Below, piece by piece: positions 38,501 to 48,091 of a DNA stretch of 56,522 bases (position 1 is its first letter; each line of letters begins with the position of its first letter). The stretch lies in the IMG/VR virus record IMGVR_UViG_3300019360_000285, positions 1-56,522 of that record. The stretch is one strand, 5' to 3'. Source of the DNA: a virus (lineage: Duplodnaviria > Caudoviricetes). The notes under the pieces were generated by a model. The model did not search any database. It saw only the letters and a program-made list of their open reading frames with translations, and had not been told where the DNA came from. The position numbers were made by a program, and so were the translations under genes.

Positions 38501-39216
38501 TCGCCGTCGTCGAGCAGCGCCGGCAGGACGCTATTAACAAGCTGGCGACCGATACAAACACGGACTACCGGCGCCGGATCCTCGGCATGACGCCGGAAGG
38601 CCAGCTGCAGGTCGCGCTCGAGGACCTGGACAAGGAACACGAGCAGGCGCTGAAGGAGGCCCTCGAGCTCAACAAGCGTGTGACCGGCGCGCTGGTCGAT
38701 ATCAACCAGATCGAGAAATACTACGCCGACCAGCGCGTGGCGATCGTCGATGCCGCGAATGCTCAGATGAACGCGGCCATGGAACAGGCCACGGCCGCCC
38801 TTGAGGAGATGTTCAAACGGCTGAGCTACGGCGATCTCAGCGGGGCGTCGCCATTGGCCGCCGTGACGGGCTCGCAGGCCACGGCGGAAGCGCTCTACGC
38901 CCAGGCGCAGGCCGGCTCGCTCGAGGCGAGGCAGCAGCTGCCGGCCGCGATCCAGGACCTGTTCCTGTCGCAGCGAGCCTGGTCGGGCAACGACGCGTCG
39001 TACGAGGCGCTGCGCCAGCTCTGGCTCGACCGGATCGCGCCGTTCACGACGGCCAACGGCAACACGCCGCCGCCGGCGAACGGCAATGCGGTCGACGGCA
39101 GCCTGGTGGCGCAGATGCAGCGCCAGGTCGATACGTTGACGCAGGACGTCACGCGTCTGGTGGCCACTGTGCAGGACCAGTCGCGCGAGATCTCGCGCCT
39201 CCTGGCCCGGATGTAG
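35572..39216 (+). CDS. Tail tape measure protein (1214 aa)
   Basis: Long Ala-rich helical protein with a Gly-rich hydrophobic segment; position. Confidence 0.88.
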   Translation: MGGSTISARFGVEGDEAIERALRKVERAGQDLAATLKRAGEQGSIDLDKVGEALARLDQQASQTTQRGRELGDALSDAGKKAGDGFSDAEKKGEQFGLTLGRGIAGAATAAVTAIAALGLDVYKTFGAMKDLSEQTGLTIAQIQALRQVVKGQGEDVEVLSRAMVTASRNVGLAAEGSEKLKTVLDRLGVGVLESNGQMRLFDTILREVLQSLAKLDDQATRNAIGAQFFGPAWIKLSDAFKNGGKDIDEASAALERNDALISEAAREKIEKLTKAVSSSSEAWKGLALNLVAEVSPALIQIVKDSEAAAGSFSKFLEIAAKWSVAGLLRSGAAPFLPSDQYGPSRPTGSSAPPGMRIADLEAELEASLRSHGGETVDSARIRAEIKKVRDEILTRSAQQASDAVSDYFNRSGAAGAYNPGKPELYGPDLPKGWKRTASGGGRGTADQTAKEYERAQQALDKYLDSLAREADLSDESARERAGHTAQLKAEELARASVLKMTEEQIQAIGEEARARATAAYDAKQAQEEQRRAAEQAQREMERLAEREAQLLQQPAEEAARSTQTLLRDFFKDAMSGNLTSWKDFWGKAKDIAHQYLAELATLLVIRPLIQPLFSVAGMGGLTGGAGAGSPISVGGVPYVPAGGGSGGLLGGGGGLGGGGLFGNAFGFLNQPIFGSAFDSAGAAATLGTGGIAAPAFTSGGLTWGGLLGGVGTIGMGALGLAQGNTIGGAAGILGGGLSLLSSAGLIGSAFGPIGMGIGLIGSILGSVLKKKPKTPQAVSNITFGTDGITNALAMTRSPRGGQLGQGTGQASGAFADAFAELLGAYDLSMAPGATGGWLLNSIGKNTGNQWIVGLGSYGSYTPLPGVDPAGKARDAMSSIQGIGSAEDAVNILAGLIARQGAIEGSIQGLTATQRTALSTADLKSIDDIKAALDFGQVFDDMERGADNITAVEKAMRELDKQYDAIAIQTKKYGLDLAVVEQRRQDAINKLATDTNTDYRRRILGMTPEGQLQVALEDLDKEHEQALKEALELNKRVTGALVDINQIEKYYADQRVAIVDAANAQMNAAMEQATAALEEMFKRLSYGDLSGASPLAAVTGSQATAEALYAQAQAGSLEARQQLPAAIQDLFLSQRAWSGNDASYEALRQLWLDRIAPFTTANGNTPPPANGNAVDGSLVAQMQRQVDTLTQDVTRLVATVQDQSREISRLLARM

Positions 39217-39219
39217 ATC

Positions 39220-40893
39220 ATGCTTCCAGCGTTCGCGCCGAAACTCGACCATGTGCTGGCCATGGTCGCCTATCCGTTCGACCCGACGATCGTCACGGCG
39301 ATCCCGGGCCCGCCGTTTCCCATCGGATTGCCGGGCTGGCCGCTCGCCGATCCGGATCTCTTCAGCTACGACTTGCCCGGCGGTACTCGCGTCGTCCTGG
39401 CCGCCGGCGAGGGCTTTGTCACGAATGCCGGCGACCTGCTGCCGCACCAGTGGTTCGCGCCGCTGGTGGCCGATGGTTTCAATTTCACGGACAGCCTGTT
39501 TGATGGCATCGACCCCGCTGAAGGTCGTAGCGGCACCGGGGAGGGCGGCGGCGGCGAGTTGAAGTTCAATGACGTGGAAGGCAGGCTCGATCGGATCGTC
39601 CAGGTGGCGGGTTGGGACGGCCGGGCCGTCGAGCTCTGGCGCGGCAAGCGGGGCGCGCCGTTCTCGGCGTTCCAGCGTGTCGCTGTCCTGACCAGCGACG
39701 GCTGGACCGGCCTGAACCGGTCGACCAAGTCGCTCAAGATCCGCGACCGCCAGGCCCGGCTCTACGGCACGCCCCTGGTCGGGGCGACGTATGCCGGCAC
39801 CGGCGGCATCGACGGCGACGCCGGCGCCAAGGGCAACCTCAAGCCGTGGGCCTTCGGCTATGTGTTCGGGGTCGAGCCGGTCGTGTTCGATGCCGCCAAT
39901 CTGCTGGCGCAGTGGCACTGCCGTCCGGTGCATGCCGTGCTCAACCTGTTCGTCGGCGGCAACCCGTGGACCAACATGGGCGACTATCCCACGCTCGCCG
40001 CGCTGATCGCGGCCGCGGCAGGCTGGGCCAACGGCCAGTTCGGCACGTGCAACGCGCTGGCAACGGTGCGCTATGGCGCCGTGCCGAGCCATCCGGTGCG
40101 TATCGAGGGGCAAGGCGACAAGTACGGGGGCGTCTATGCTGGTACCCGCGGCGCGATCGTCCGGCGCATCGCGACGACGTGCGGCATGTTGCCTATGCGT
40201 GATCCCGACGATATCGACACGGCTTCGTTCGCGACGCTCGATCTCGTGCAGCCCGGCGAGTGCGGCTGGCATTGGAAAGGCGACATCTCGATCGGCGCCG
40301 CGCTCGACGAGATGATGACCGGTTGTGCCGGGTGGTGGGACGTCGGCCTCGACGGCAAGCTTTCCGTGGCCCAGCTCGAGGAGCCCTCGAGTACGCCGGA
40401 TCTCATCATCGACGCCGCGACCGCTAACCTGGCTGGCGAGCCGACGCGCGAAGACGATCTGCCGCCCCGCGCAAAGACCCGTGTCGGCTGGCAGCGAAAC
40501 TATGCCCCGCTGTCGTCATCCGACCTCACCGGGGCGGCGAACGCCTCGGCGGCGACGCAGCGGCTGTTCGGCGACGAGTGGCGGTATGCCCAACGCGAGA
40601 ATTCAGGCGTTCGTGTGCTCTACCCGAAAGCCCGGGAAGTCACCATCGCTGGCAACTACCGCAACGAGGCGGACGCGGATGCCGAGGCGCAGCGTCAACA
40701 GGCACTGTTCTCCAAGAAGCGGGAGCGATGGACCTTTCCGACCCACGTCGACGCCTTGGCCGCTCTCAAGAACAAGACGGTACGGGTCGACAATTGGAAC
40801 CGTTACGAATTCGGCGCCGCGAGGAGCCTGCGCAGCCTCGGCCTGACCGCCGGCTCGCGCGCGGTCACCGCAGGCCTGATGTTGTGGGGCTGA
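39220..40893 (+). CDS. Tail tip/hub-like protein
   Basis: YAGTGGIDGD...KPWAFG.VF.VEPV; follows the tape measure. Confidence 0.65.
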   Translation: MLPAFAPKLDHVLAMVAYPFDPTIVTAIPGPPFPIGLPGWPLADPDLFSYDLPGGTRVVLAAGEGFVTNAGDLLPHQWFAPLVADGFNFTDSLFDGIDPAEGRSGTGEGGGGELKFNDVEGRLDRIVQVAGWDGRAVELWRGKRGAPFSAFQRVAVLTSDGWTGLNRSTKSLKIRDRQARLYGTPLVGATYAGTGGIDGDAGAKGNLKPWAFGYVFGVEPVVFDAANLLAQWHCRPVHAVLNLFVGGNPWTNMGDYPTLAALIAAAAGWANGQFGTCNALATVRYGAVPSHPVRIEGQGDKYGGVYAGTRGAIVRRIATTCGMLPMRDPDDIDTASFATLDLVQPGECGWHWKGDISIGAALDEMMTGCAGWWDVGLDGKLSVAQLEEPSSTPDLIIDAATANLAGEPTREDDLPPRAKTRVGWQRNYAPLSSSDLTGAANASAATQRLFGDEWRYAQRENSGVRVLYPKAREVTIAGNYRNEADADAEAQRQQALFSKKRERWTFPTHVDALAALKNKTVRVDNWNRYEFGAARSLRSLGLTAGSRAVTAGLMLWG

Positions 40894-40894
40894 G

Positions 40895-42060
40895 ATGCTG
40901 AAATCCGTGGCGTTCGCTGACCTGATCACCTTCGCGCGGGACTCGGCCGCCTGTTACTTCGACTCGTCCGGCATCCTGCAGCAGGCAGCGAACGACGTGG
41001 CGCGGTTCGACCATGATCCGGTGACGGGCGAAAGGCGTGGGCTGCTGATCGAGAACACCGGCACGAACAGCCTCCGCAACAACACGATGGTCGGTGCTGT
41101 CGCCGGAACGCCGGGTACGGTGCCAACGAACTGGATCCTGCTGTTGCCATCCGGGATCACCAGCCAGATTGTCGGCGTGAGCGCGTCGAGCGGCATATCG
41201 TATATCGAGTGGCGCTGGTCCGGAACCGCCGCGGCCAATGGCAACATCCTGGTGCTGTACGAGCCCAGCACGCAGGTTGTCGCCGCGGCGGGGCAGACCT
41301 GGACGCATTCGGTCTATCTGCGGCTAGCAGCGGGGTCATTGGCGGGGACCGGCACGTTCGGCAGCAACCAGATCAGCGTCGACGAGTGCGACGCGTCGGG
41401 CAACTTCCTGGCCGGGAGCAGCGCGATCATCGCCCCGACCGGTGCCGCGATCGCCACGCAGCGGACTATTCATACGCGGACCCTCACCAACGTCGCAACG
41501 GGTCGGGTGCGCTGCTACCTCAATCTGGGAGTCGGCATCGGCCAGGCCATCGATCTCAACCTGCGCATCGGTCTGCCGCAGCTCGAGCAGGGTGCCCATG
41601 CGTCGAGTCCGATCAAGACCAGTGGCACGGCGGTGACGCGCGCCGCCGACCTCGCGTCGATCAACACGCTGTCGCCCTGGTTCAATGCGGTCGAAGGCAC
41701 CATCGTCGCCGCATGGATGGATATCGGCACGGCCAACAGCGACATCGTCTGGATCCCAACAACGCGCTGGCCATCCGCACGCAGACCAGCAACACGACGG
41801 TAGCGCAGTCCATCGTCGGCGGTAGCGCCGTCGGGTCCACCACGGCCTCCGTGATGCGGCCGGCGACACAGAAGGCGGCCTTTACCGCCCGAGCCAACGA
41901 CTTCGCGCTCTCGGTCAACGGTGGCCCGCTGAGCACCGATCTCTCGGGTGCGATGCCGGCGGGCCTGGCCTCGCTGAAACTCGGCCCCGGGCTGCTGCGG
42001 TCGCTGATGCATCTGCCCCGCCGCGTGTCCAATACCGAGCTGCAGCAGCTCTCGGCGTGA
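40895..42060 (+). pseudogene. Spike/fibre-domain structural protein, frameshifted near 41749
   Basis: TFARDS..YFD..G..ARFDHDPVTG..RGLLIE N-terminus; the typical C-terminus (FALSVNG...PRRVSNTELQQLS) lies in the -1 frame. Confidence 0.65.
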
Positions 42061-42063
42061 ACC

Positions 42064-42927
42064 ATGGCCAACATCGTCCTTGTCACGCCGCGCGAGTCTG
42101 ACGCGTCGGTACTGTCTGGCGGCGCCTGGGTCGACTCCCTGCCGCTCGCCAATCTGCAGGATCCGCAGCCGACCTACCCGGCACGCTCGCTGGATGCGTC
42201 GGCGTCCAGCACGTGGTTCGCCCTCGATGCCGGTCGGCCCGTGGCATGGGACACGCTGGCGTTTGTCGGGACGGACCTGCCCCCGGGTACCTTGATCCGC
42301 CGGCGCGCCGCGGTGGCGCAGCTTGCGTTGACGGCGGCGCCGGGGATGGACAGCGGCTGGGTATCGCCCTGGCCGGCGACCGGCAGACCCGCGGATTGGT
42401 GGCTGGAGAACTGGACCGCGTTCCAGATGTTCACGCCGGGCGGTGCCTGGCGGTGGTGGCGGTTCGATGTCGATCTGACCGGCACTGACGCGACGCTGGC
42501 CCTGGACTTCCTGCAGGATCTCTATCAGGTGGTCGACGGCCAGGGCCACGTCACGATCGGCCGCCTGGTGCTGGGCACGCGCTGGACCCCGGCGCGCAAC
42601 TTCTCGTACGGCATCGACAAGGCCTCGGTCGCGGCCGACCTGCGGATCGTGACGCCGTCAGGCCACACGCTGGGCGATACGGGCCGCCGGGCCCGGCAGT
42701 GGAACATCCCGTTCAACTTCGCCTCGCAGGCGGACGCCGAACAGTCCGTCGAGGACCTGGTCCGGTACTGCGGCCAGGCGCGCGACGTGTTCGTCTGCCT
42801 GGACCCGGATGCGGCCGAGACCCTGCATCGCCAGATGATGCTGGGGACCTTCGAGACCGTCACACGGGTCGTCCGGGTCAAGCCCAAGGTCTGGCAGTTC
42901 ACCCTCTCGCTGCGCGAGCGCATCTGA
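42064..42927 (+). CDS. Tail component (distal-tail-like)
   Basis: LPLANLQDPQP, RWWRFD and IGRLVLG..WTP.RNFSYG. Confidence 0.65.
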   Translation: MANIVLVTPRESDASVLSGGAWVDSLPLANLQDPQPTYPARSLDASASSTWFALDAGRPVAWDTLAFVGTDLPPGTLIRRRAAVAQLALTAAPGMDSGWVSPWPATGRPADWWLENWTAFQMFTPGGAWRWWRFDVDLTGTDATLALDFLQDLYQVVDGQGHVTIGRLVLGTRWTPARNFSYGIDKASVAADLRIVTPSGHTLGDTGRRARQWNIPFNFASQADAEQSVEDLVRYCGQARDVFVCLDPDAAETLHRQMMLGTFETVTRVVRVKPKVWQFTLSLRERI

Positions 42928-42976
42928 GCCTCGCGCCGGCGAACGCCGTTCGCCCTGCCGCCGGAGTCATCCATCC

Positions 42977-44458
42977 ATGTTTGGTGCATTCGTCGTCGAG
43001 CTCTCGGAGCCGCCCGGCCTGGCGTCGTTCGGCCTGCAGGGCACGCCGCCCGACCCGGGTGGCACGAAGCCCTATCGCGGCTTCGTCGAGTCGCGCGGTT
43101 CCGGCAGCCCGTGGTTCTACACGGTGCTCAGCGAGGTCACGGGCAAGTGGGAGGAGATCTTCGGCGTCGTCACCGACGGCACGCCGCTGGACACGCTGAC
43201 ACGCGTCGCTTCGCTGCGTAGCTGGAACGGCTCGACGCTTGCGGCCAACAGCCCGATCAACTGGCAGCCCGGTGACGGCACGCTGAAGGTGTTCGCCTCG
43301 CCGGTCGCTGACGTCCAGGAGCTGCTGGTAGCGGACTATCGCGGAACGGCCCGGCCGGCCTGGATCCAGCCCGGGCAGCGCTGGCGCGACAGCACGGGCG
43401 GCCCGACGTCGGTGGTATGGAAACACTGGACCGGCACACTGGACATCCCGCTCGGTACCTTCAACGAAACGACCGGCGTGTTCTCGGCGGCGGGCAACTA
43501 CGTGCCGATCGCCGGCGGTGTCACGGTCACCGGCGCGCTCACGATCAACGGGGCCCTGACGCTCAATGGTACGCCGTCGGTCAACGCGGCGAACCGCATT
43601 CACGCGACCAGCATGAGTGTCGGCGGCGCCGACTTCGCGCCGTCCTCCACGATCCATACGCGCGGCAACGTCGCCAACGCCGAAGCCGGCACCATCCTGA
43701 TCGAAAATCAGGCCTCGAACGGATTTGGGATCATTCGCTACCGCAACGGGAGCCGGAACTTTTGGGCCGGTATTACCAACACCGGGGAATTTCAAGTCTA
43801 TGACGACACCGCCGCAGCATCGCGCCTTCGTATCAGCACCGGCGGCGACACGGTGGTTAATGGTCTCTATCCGAGTCACGTCGCTGATATCGGCGGCCTC
43901 TCCGGCTTCTCGCTGTTCAACAACGGCAGCAATTCATACCTGCAGTACGACGCCAACGACGGCCTGCTCTACGATCGGGCAAACAACACCTACAATTTCT
44001 ATATCGGCGGCGGCATCGTCGCGCAGATCAACAGCGGCGGCTTCGTTGGCATGCCGATGCGCAAGGTGTCTGCCAACGCGGTTAACTCCGCCTCCGTGCA
44101 GGCGGCCGGGCTGGCGGTACTTCTCGGGAACAATCCCTATCACAGTTTCTTCATGGGCCGAGTGCGCCGGCTTTCAACACCAGGGACCATCACGGTCCGC
44201 ACGCTCGACTCGGGCGGCGGCATTCTCGCCAGCGTGACAACTGGGTCCGTGGGCACCAACGTTGACTGGGTGTTCTGGGGCTACTGCATGCCGGCGTTCG
44301 CCGCGGTCAACAAGACGATTCGCGTCTTTGGCGTCAATGGGGGCATCAACGAGGATCTGACGGCCACGGGCGCCAACACGAATCCGGTGGATCAGATTCA
44401 GGTGCTGGCGGCCGGCAACAATGTGGATGCCACAATCGCCATGTGGGGCGCACAGTAA
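42977..44458 (+). CDS. Tail fibre / receptor-binding protein
   Basis: Gly/Asn/Thr-rich beta protein at the end of the tail module. Confidence 0.65.
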   Translation: MFGAFVVELSEPPGLASFGLQGTPPDPGGTKPYRGFVESRGSGSPWFYTVLSEVTGKWEEIFGVVTDGTPLDTLTRVASLRSWNGSTLAANSPINWQPGDGTLKVFASPVADVQELLVADYRGTARPAWIQPGQRWRDSTGGPTSVVWKHWTGTLDIPLGTFNETTGVFSAAGNYVPIAGGVTVTGALTINGALTLNGTPSVNAANRIHATSMSVGGADFAPSSTIHTRGNVANAEAGTILIENQASNGFGIIRYRNGSRNFWAGITNTGEFQVYDDTAAASRLRISTGGDTVVNGLYPSHVADIGGLSGFSLFNNGSNSYLQYDANDGLLYDRANNTYNFYIGGGIVAQINSGGFVGMPMRKVSANAVNSASVQAAGLAVLLGNNPYHSFFMGRVRRLSTPGTITVRTLDSGGGILASVTTGSVGTNVDWVFWGYCMPAFAAVNKTIRVFGVNGGINEDLTATGANTNPVDQIQVLAAGNNVDATIAMWGAQ

Positions 44459-44469
44459 GAGGAGCGACA

Positions 44470-45021
44470 ATGTCTGCAGAATTGAAGCAAGCCGCGTTGG
44501 TCGCCAATGCCGCCTTGGTCGATGTGTCGGCGCGTGTGTCCGCGGCTACCGATCGAATCGTAGAAGCGGAGAACGTCTTCGCCCTGGCCCAGCAGCAGCT
44601 GATGGCTGCGCGCGATGCGATGGCGCCCCTTGTCGCCGAAGAAAGCGCGAAGCGGCAGGCCCAGCAGGACGCTTATATGGCGCATGCGGCCAGCGAGCCC
44701 GGTGAGCCGCTTTACAGCAACGTCAACGATCTGATGGTGATGAACACCGACGAACAGATTGCGGCCATCAAGGCAGAATGGGCAGCCCTTGAGGAGGAGG
44801 AGCAGGCCAAGGCCAAGCACTACCTTGTGCCGAAGCTGGTCATCATCGATCGCCTGATCGCAGCCGGTCTGCTCCAGCCAGCCCTCGACGCGCTCAGTAC
44901 CGACACGGTGCTCAAGGCGCGCTGGGACGCGTGCACGTCTGTGTACGCAGACGACCCGGCGGCGGTCGCTCTGCTGACGGCAGTCGGCGCTGAGCCCGCC
45001 GTCATATTGGCCGCGGCCTAG
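44470..45021 (+). CDS. Hypothetical protein (possible fibre assembly)
   Basis: GAGGAG RBS; follows the fibre gene. Confidence 0.55.
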   Translation: MSAELKQAALVANAALVDVSARVSAATDRIVEAENVFALAQQQLMAARDAMAPLVAEESAKRQAQQDAYMAHAASEPGEPLYSNVNDLMVMNTDEQIAAIKAEWAALEEEEQAKAKHYLVPKLVIIDRLIAAGLLQPALDALSTDTVLKARWDACTSVYADDPAAVALLTAVGAEPAVILAAA

Positions 45022-45057
45022 GCCGTTCACCCGGCGCCCGCTTAGTAGGAGGGACCC

Positions 45058-45447
45058 ATGGCCGATCAGAAGCCCTGGCACCCGTTGGCCGTGAACGTGA
45101 TCGCCGTGATCCTGTCGGCCGGGATCACGGCCGGCGCGAGCACCGTGATCACGGCCAACGTGACCAAGGACGCGGTGTCCAAGCTCGAGGAGCGCGCCGG
45201 CCGTCTCGAGTCCAAGGTCAGCGAGCAGACGATCTCGCTGAACAAGCTGCAGAACAAGCTCGATGACAGCGTCACCGAGCGCCTGGCCGCCCAGGAGCGG
45301 CGCGCGGCGGCGTCCGACGATCGCGCGAACCGCATGGCCGACACGATCTACGAGCTGCGTCTGGCCATCAACACGCTGCAGGCGGACCTGGTTGCGATCC
45401 GGCGGGCCAGCGAGGCGCCGCGCGCTGGCGGCAGGGGCGGGCCGTGA
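45058..45447 (+). CDS. Single-TM coiled-coil protein (holin-like position)
   Basis: AGGAGG RBS; N-terminal TM followed by a coiled coil. Confidence 0.55.
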   Translation: MADQKPWHPLAVNVIAVILSAGITAGASTVITANVTKDAVSKLEERAGRLESKVSEQTISLNKLQNKLDDSVTERLAAQERRAAASDDRANRMADTIYELRLAINTLQADLVAIRRASEAPRAGGRGGP

Positions 45448-45707
45448 CGCGAACGGCGTTCGCCGCCCTGGTGCTGGGCTTGGCACTGGCCGGGTGCGGC
45501 ACGGCTGAGCCGCAGCCAGCGCGTGTCCAGGCCGCGCCGGCGTTGCGATATCGCACGTGCCAGGGCCTGTCACCGCCCTTGCCAAAGGTGCGCACGGTCG
45601 AGGCGCTGAACGAGCGCAACGTCGAGCTCGAGGACAAGTACCCCGACTGCGCCGAGCGCCTGCGCCTGTCCCGTGTCGGCGTTCGACACGTTGAAAGCAG
45701 CCTTTGA
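45444..45707 (+). CDS. Lipoprotein
   Basis: Lipobox LALAG-C. Confidence 0.6.
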   Translation: MTRTAFAALVLGLALAGCGTAEPQPARVQAAPALRYRTCQGLSPPLPKVRTVEALNERNVELEDKYPDCAERLRLSRVGVRHVESSL

Positions 45708-45809
45708 CGCCTTGAGGGCCCGGACCGCCGCCCTGACGGCGCACTGACGTTTCCACGAACCCCTTGTAGAGGACCGGGCGCCGGCGAGGCGCGCCGGCTA
45801 CGGCGTATT

Positions 45810-46706
45810 ATGTCCATCACCAAACAGCAGCTGCTCGAGATCTTCCCGGGTGCCACGCAGCCGGAGGAGCGTGCCGCAGCTATCACGACGGCCTGGACCG
45901 AGTTCGGGTTTGTCAACCCGAACGCCCAGGCCGGGTTCCTGGCCGTGGTCGGCAACGAGACCGGCGGCTACCGGCACGCCAAGGCGCGCGAGGACATGAC
46001 CTACGCGCCGCGCCGCGCGATCGCGGTGTTCGGCTCGGTGCGCGCCAACAGGTGCGTCGCGCTGTGCCCGATCGACGACAGTCGCAACGTGGTGCGGGCC
46101 GATCGCGGCGAGGCGTTCGCCAACTGCATCTATGCCTACATGCTCGGCAACGGCGGTCCCGAGACCGGCGACGGCTGGCGCTATCGGGGCGGCTTCGATA
46201 CCCAGCTCACCGGACGCACCAACCATCAGAACTGCTCGAACGCGCTCGGCATCGATCTCATGACCGATCCGGAGCACTATGTCGGCGACGTCGAGGTGTC
46301 GGCGCGCGTGGCGGCGTGGTTCATGGGGCCCTACGCCAGGTGCGTCCCGCTGATGGCCACCGGCCGGCAGGACGACTTCCTGCGCGCCGCAGAGCGGGTC
46401 GGCTATCCGCCGCCGGGCGCCACGGAAACCCGGTTGCGATTCTGGGCCAAGGCCCGCGCGGTCCTGGGTGCAGCAGCGACGGCGCCGCTACCGCTGCTGC
46501 AGATCGGCGACGAAGGCACCGACGTCCTGGCGCTGCAGCGCGCGCTCAACGCGCCGGCGCCGCTGGGCTTCGACGCGATGCTGATCGAGGACGGCAGGTT
46601 CGGGTCGACCACGCATCTCGCCGTCCGTCACTTCCAGGCCGCGCGCGGCCTGGCCGTCGACGGCATCGCCGGCCCGGCGACGTTCAGCGCCCTCGGGTTG
46701 ATGTGA
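45810..46706 (+). CDS. Endolysin: GH19-like domain plus C-terminal peptidoglycan-binding domain
   Basis: AGFLAVVGNETGG, LGNG..TGDGWRYRG..QLTGR; V.ALQRAL...DG.FG..T..AV..FQ..RGLAVDGIAGPAT. Confidence 0.9.
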   Translation: MSITKQQLLEIFPGATQPEERAAAITTAWTEFGFVNPNAQAGFLAVVGNETGGYRHAKAREDMTYAPRRAIAVFGSVRANRCVALCPIDDSRNVVRADRGEAFANCIYAYMLGNGGPETGDGWRYRGGFDTQLTGRTNHQNCSNALGIDLMTDPEHYVGDVEVSARVAAWFMGPYARCVPLMATGRQDDFLRAAERVGYPPPGATETRLRFWAKARAVLGAAATAPLPLLQIGDEGTDVLALQRALNAPAPLGFDAMLIEDGRFGSTTHLAVRHFQAARGLAVDGIAGPATFSALGLM

Positions 46707-47051
46707 TGGGTGCCCGGACGCAAGGCCGGCGCTGGCCGGCCGATCGCGCCCTCACCGATGGTGAGGGCACCCAGCCCGGCGATTTCCAGTTCCAGGATCT
46801 CTCGTACGAACCGACGGACACGCCTTGTAAAGGCGCCGACAAGGCCGGCCGTCTGGCCTATGCGTGCCCGCGCACCGGTGAACCATGCGGCGAGATCATC
46901 ATCGGCGATCGCCACAAGCCCGACCGCGGCAGCCCGACCTGGCAGTGGGACGGCAACCTCGAGTCACCCACGTTGACCCCGTCGATCAACTGCCGGGGCG
47001 GCCTGTGGCTGGCATGGTTGGCTGCGCGCCGGCGTGTTCGAGGAGTGCTGA
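46706..47051 (+). pseudogene. DUF6527-like protein with +1 frameshift at ~47003
   Basis: WQWDGNLESPTLTPSINC; the expected CGWHGWLRAGVFEEC tail is in the +1 frame. Confidence 0.6.
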
Positions 47052-47052
47052 C

Positions 47053-47325
47053 ATGACGACCGACGGCCCGCGGATCCTGGCGCAGGTGTCCGGACTCCCC
47101 GAGACCGATGTGACGTCGATTTGGCAGGACGTGAAGCGCAACCGCGCCGCGCTCGATGGATGTCCGAGGCATCGCTTCGCTGGCGTGCAGGTCAGGACGC
47201 TGGGCGAGAAGTTCCGCTGCGAGGCCTGCAACGGGCAGATGAGCCTCACCGACATCGGGAGCTACATCCGCGGCTACGTCGCCGCCGGCGGCCGGCCCGA
47301 CGACATCTGGCCTGGCTGGAAATAG
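47053..47325 (+). CDS. Small zinc-binding hypothetical protein
   Basis: GCPRHRF...FRCEACNG; GAGGAG RBS. Confidence 0.6.
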   Translation: MTTDGPRILAQVSGLPETDVTSIWQDVKRNRAALDGCPRHRFAGVQVRTLGEKFRCEACNGQMSLTDIGSYIRGYVAAGGRPDDIWPGWK

Positions 47326-47386
47326 CGCGATCGCGCCGGCGCGCACCTCCTATCCGGCGCAACTCTCATCATTGGAACGGAAGATC

Positions 47387-47869
47387 ATGAAGACCCTGCG
47401 TATCATCGCGGCGGGCGTCTGTGCGCTCGCCATCCTGCTGGCCGGGGCGGCCCTGGCACAGACGTCGCCGGCGCCGGGCACGACGGTGGATTTCGGGCCG
47501 GTCCTTGTTCAGATCGTGATGCCGGCCGTCGGCATCATCGTGTCAGCGCTCGCCGCCTGGGGCGTGAAGAAGCTCGCCGACCTGGCCGGCATCAAGGCCG
47601 ACGAGAAGGCGATCGCCGTGGTGAACGATGTCATGCAGAAGGGCCTCGCCTTCGCCACGTCGAAGATCGGCACCATCCCTCTGAAGGTCGACGTCCGCAG
47701 CCCCGTCATTGCCGACGCGGCCAGCTACGCGCTGGCGCACGGCCCTGATGCCTTGAAGCGCTTGGGCATTTCGCCCGAGCAGCTCGCGGAGAAGCTGGTG
47801 GCCCGCTACATCGATCCGTCAGTGCCGGTCGGTGTCACGACGCCGCGGCCGCCGGCGGCGGCCGCGTGA
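47387..47869 (+). CDS. Membrane protein, holin-like
   Basis: Signal/TM segment plus a second TM; in the lysis cassette. Confidence 0.55.
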   Translation: MKTLRIIAAGVCALAILLAGAALAQTSPAPGTTVDFGPVLVQIVMPAVGIIVSALAAWGVKKLADLAGIKADEKAIAVVNDVMQKGLAFATSKIGTIPLKVDVRSPVIADAASYALAHGPDALKRLGISPEQLAEKLVARYIDPSVPVGVTTPRPPAAAA

Positions 47870-48090
47870 GCTGGCTCGGCGGGATCCTCGGCGCGCTCTT
47901 CAAGGGCCTGTTCGGCACGGCGCTGGACTGGCTGCGGGAGAGGCGCGCCGAGGCGGCCCACCGCGAGGCCGGCCAGGCCGAACAGAAGGCGGCCGACCAG
48001 GCCGCTGCGCTCGATGCGCATCGGCGCATGGACGAAGCCGCGTCGCGGCCTCGCGACACGCAATCGGACCTCAACGGCGGGCGGTTCTGA
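47866..48090 (+). CDS. Rz-like i-spanin candidate
   Basis: N-terminal hydrophobic segment, helical tail ending LNGGRF. Confidence 0.55.
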   Translation: MSWLGGILGALFKGLFGTALDWLRERRAEAAHREAGQAEQKAADQAAALDAHRRMDEAASRPRDTQSDLNGGRF

Positions 48091-48091
48091 C

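Noticed and set aside
42977-44458. Diversity-generating retroelement or invertible fibre cassette
   Set aside because: No reverse transcriptase, invertase or template/variable repeat pair seen
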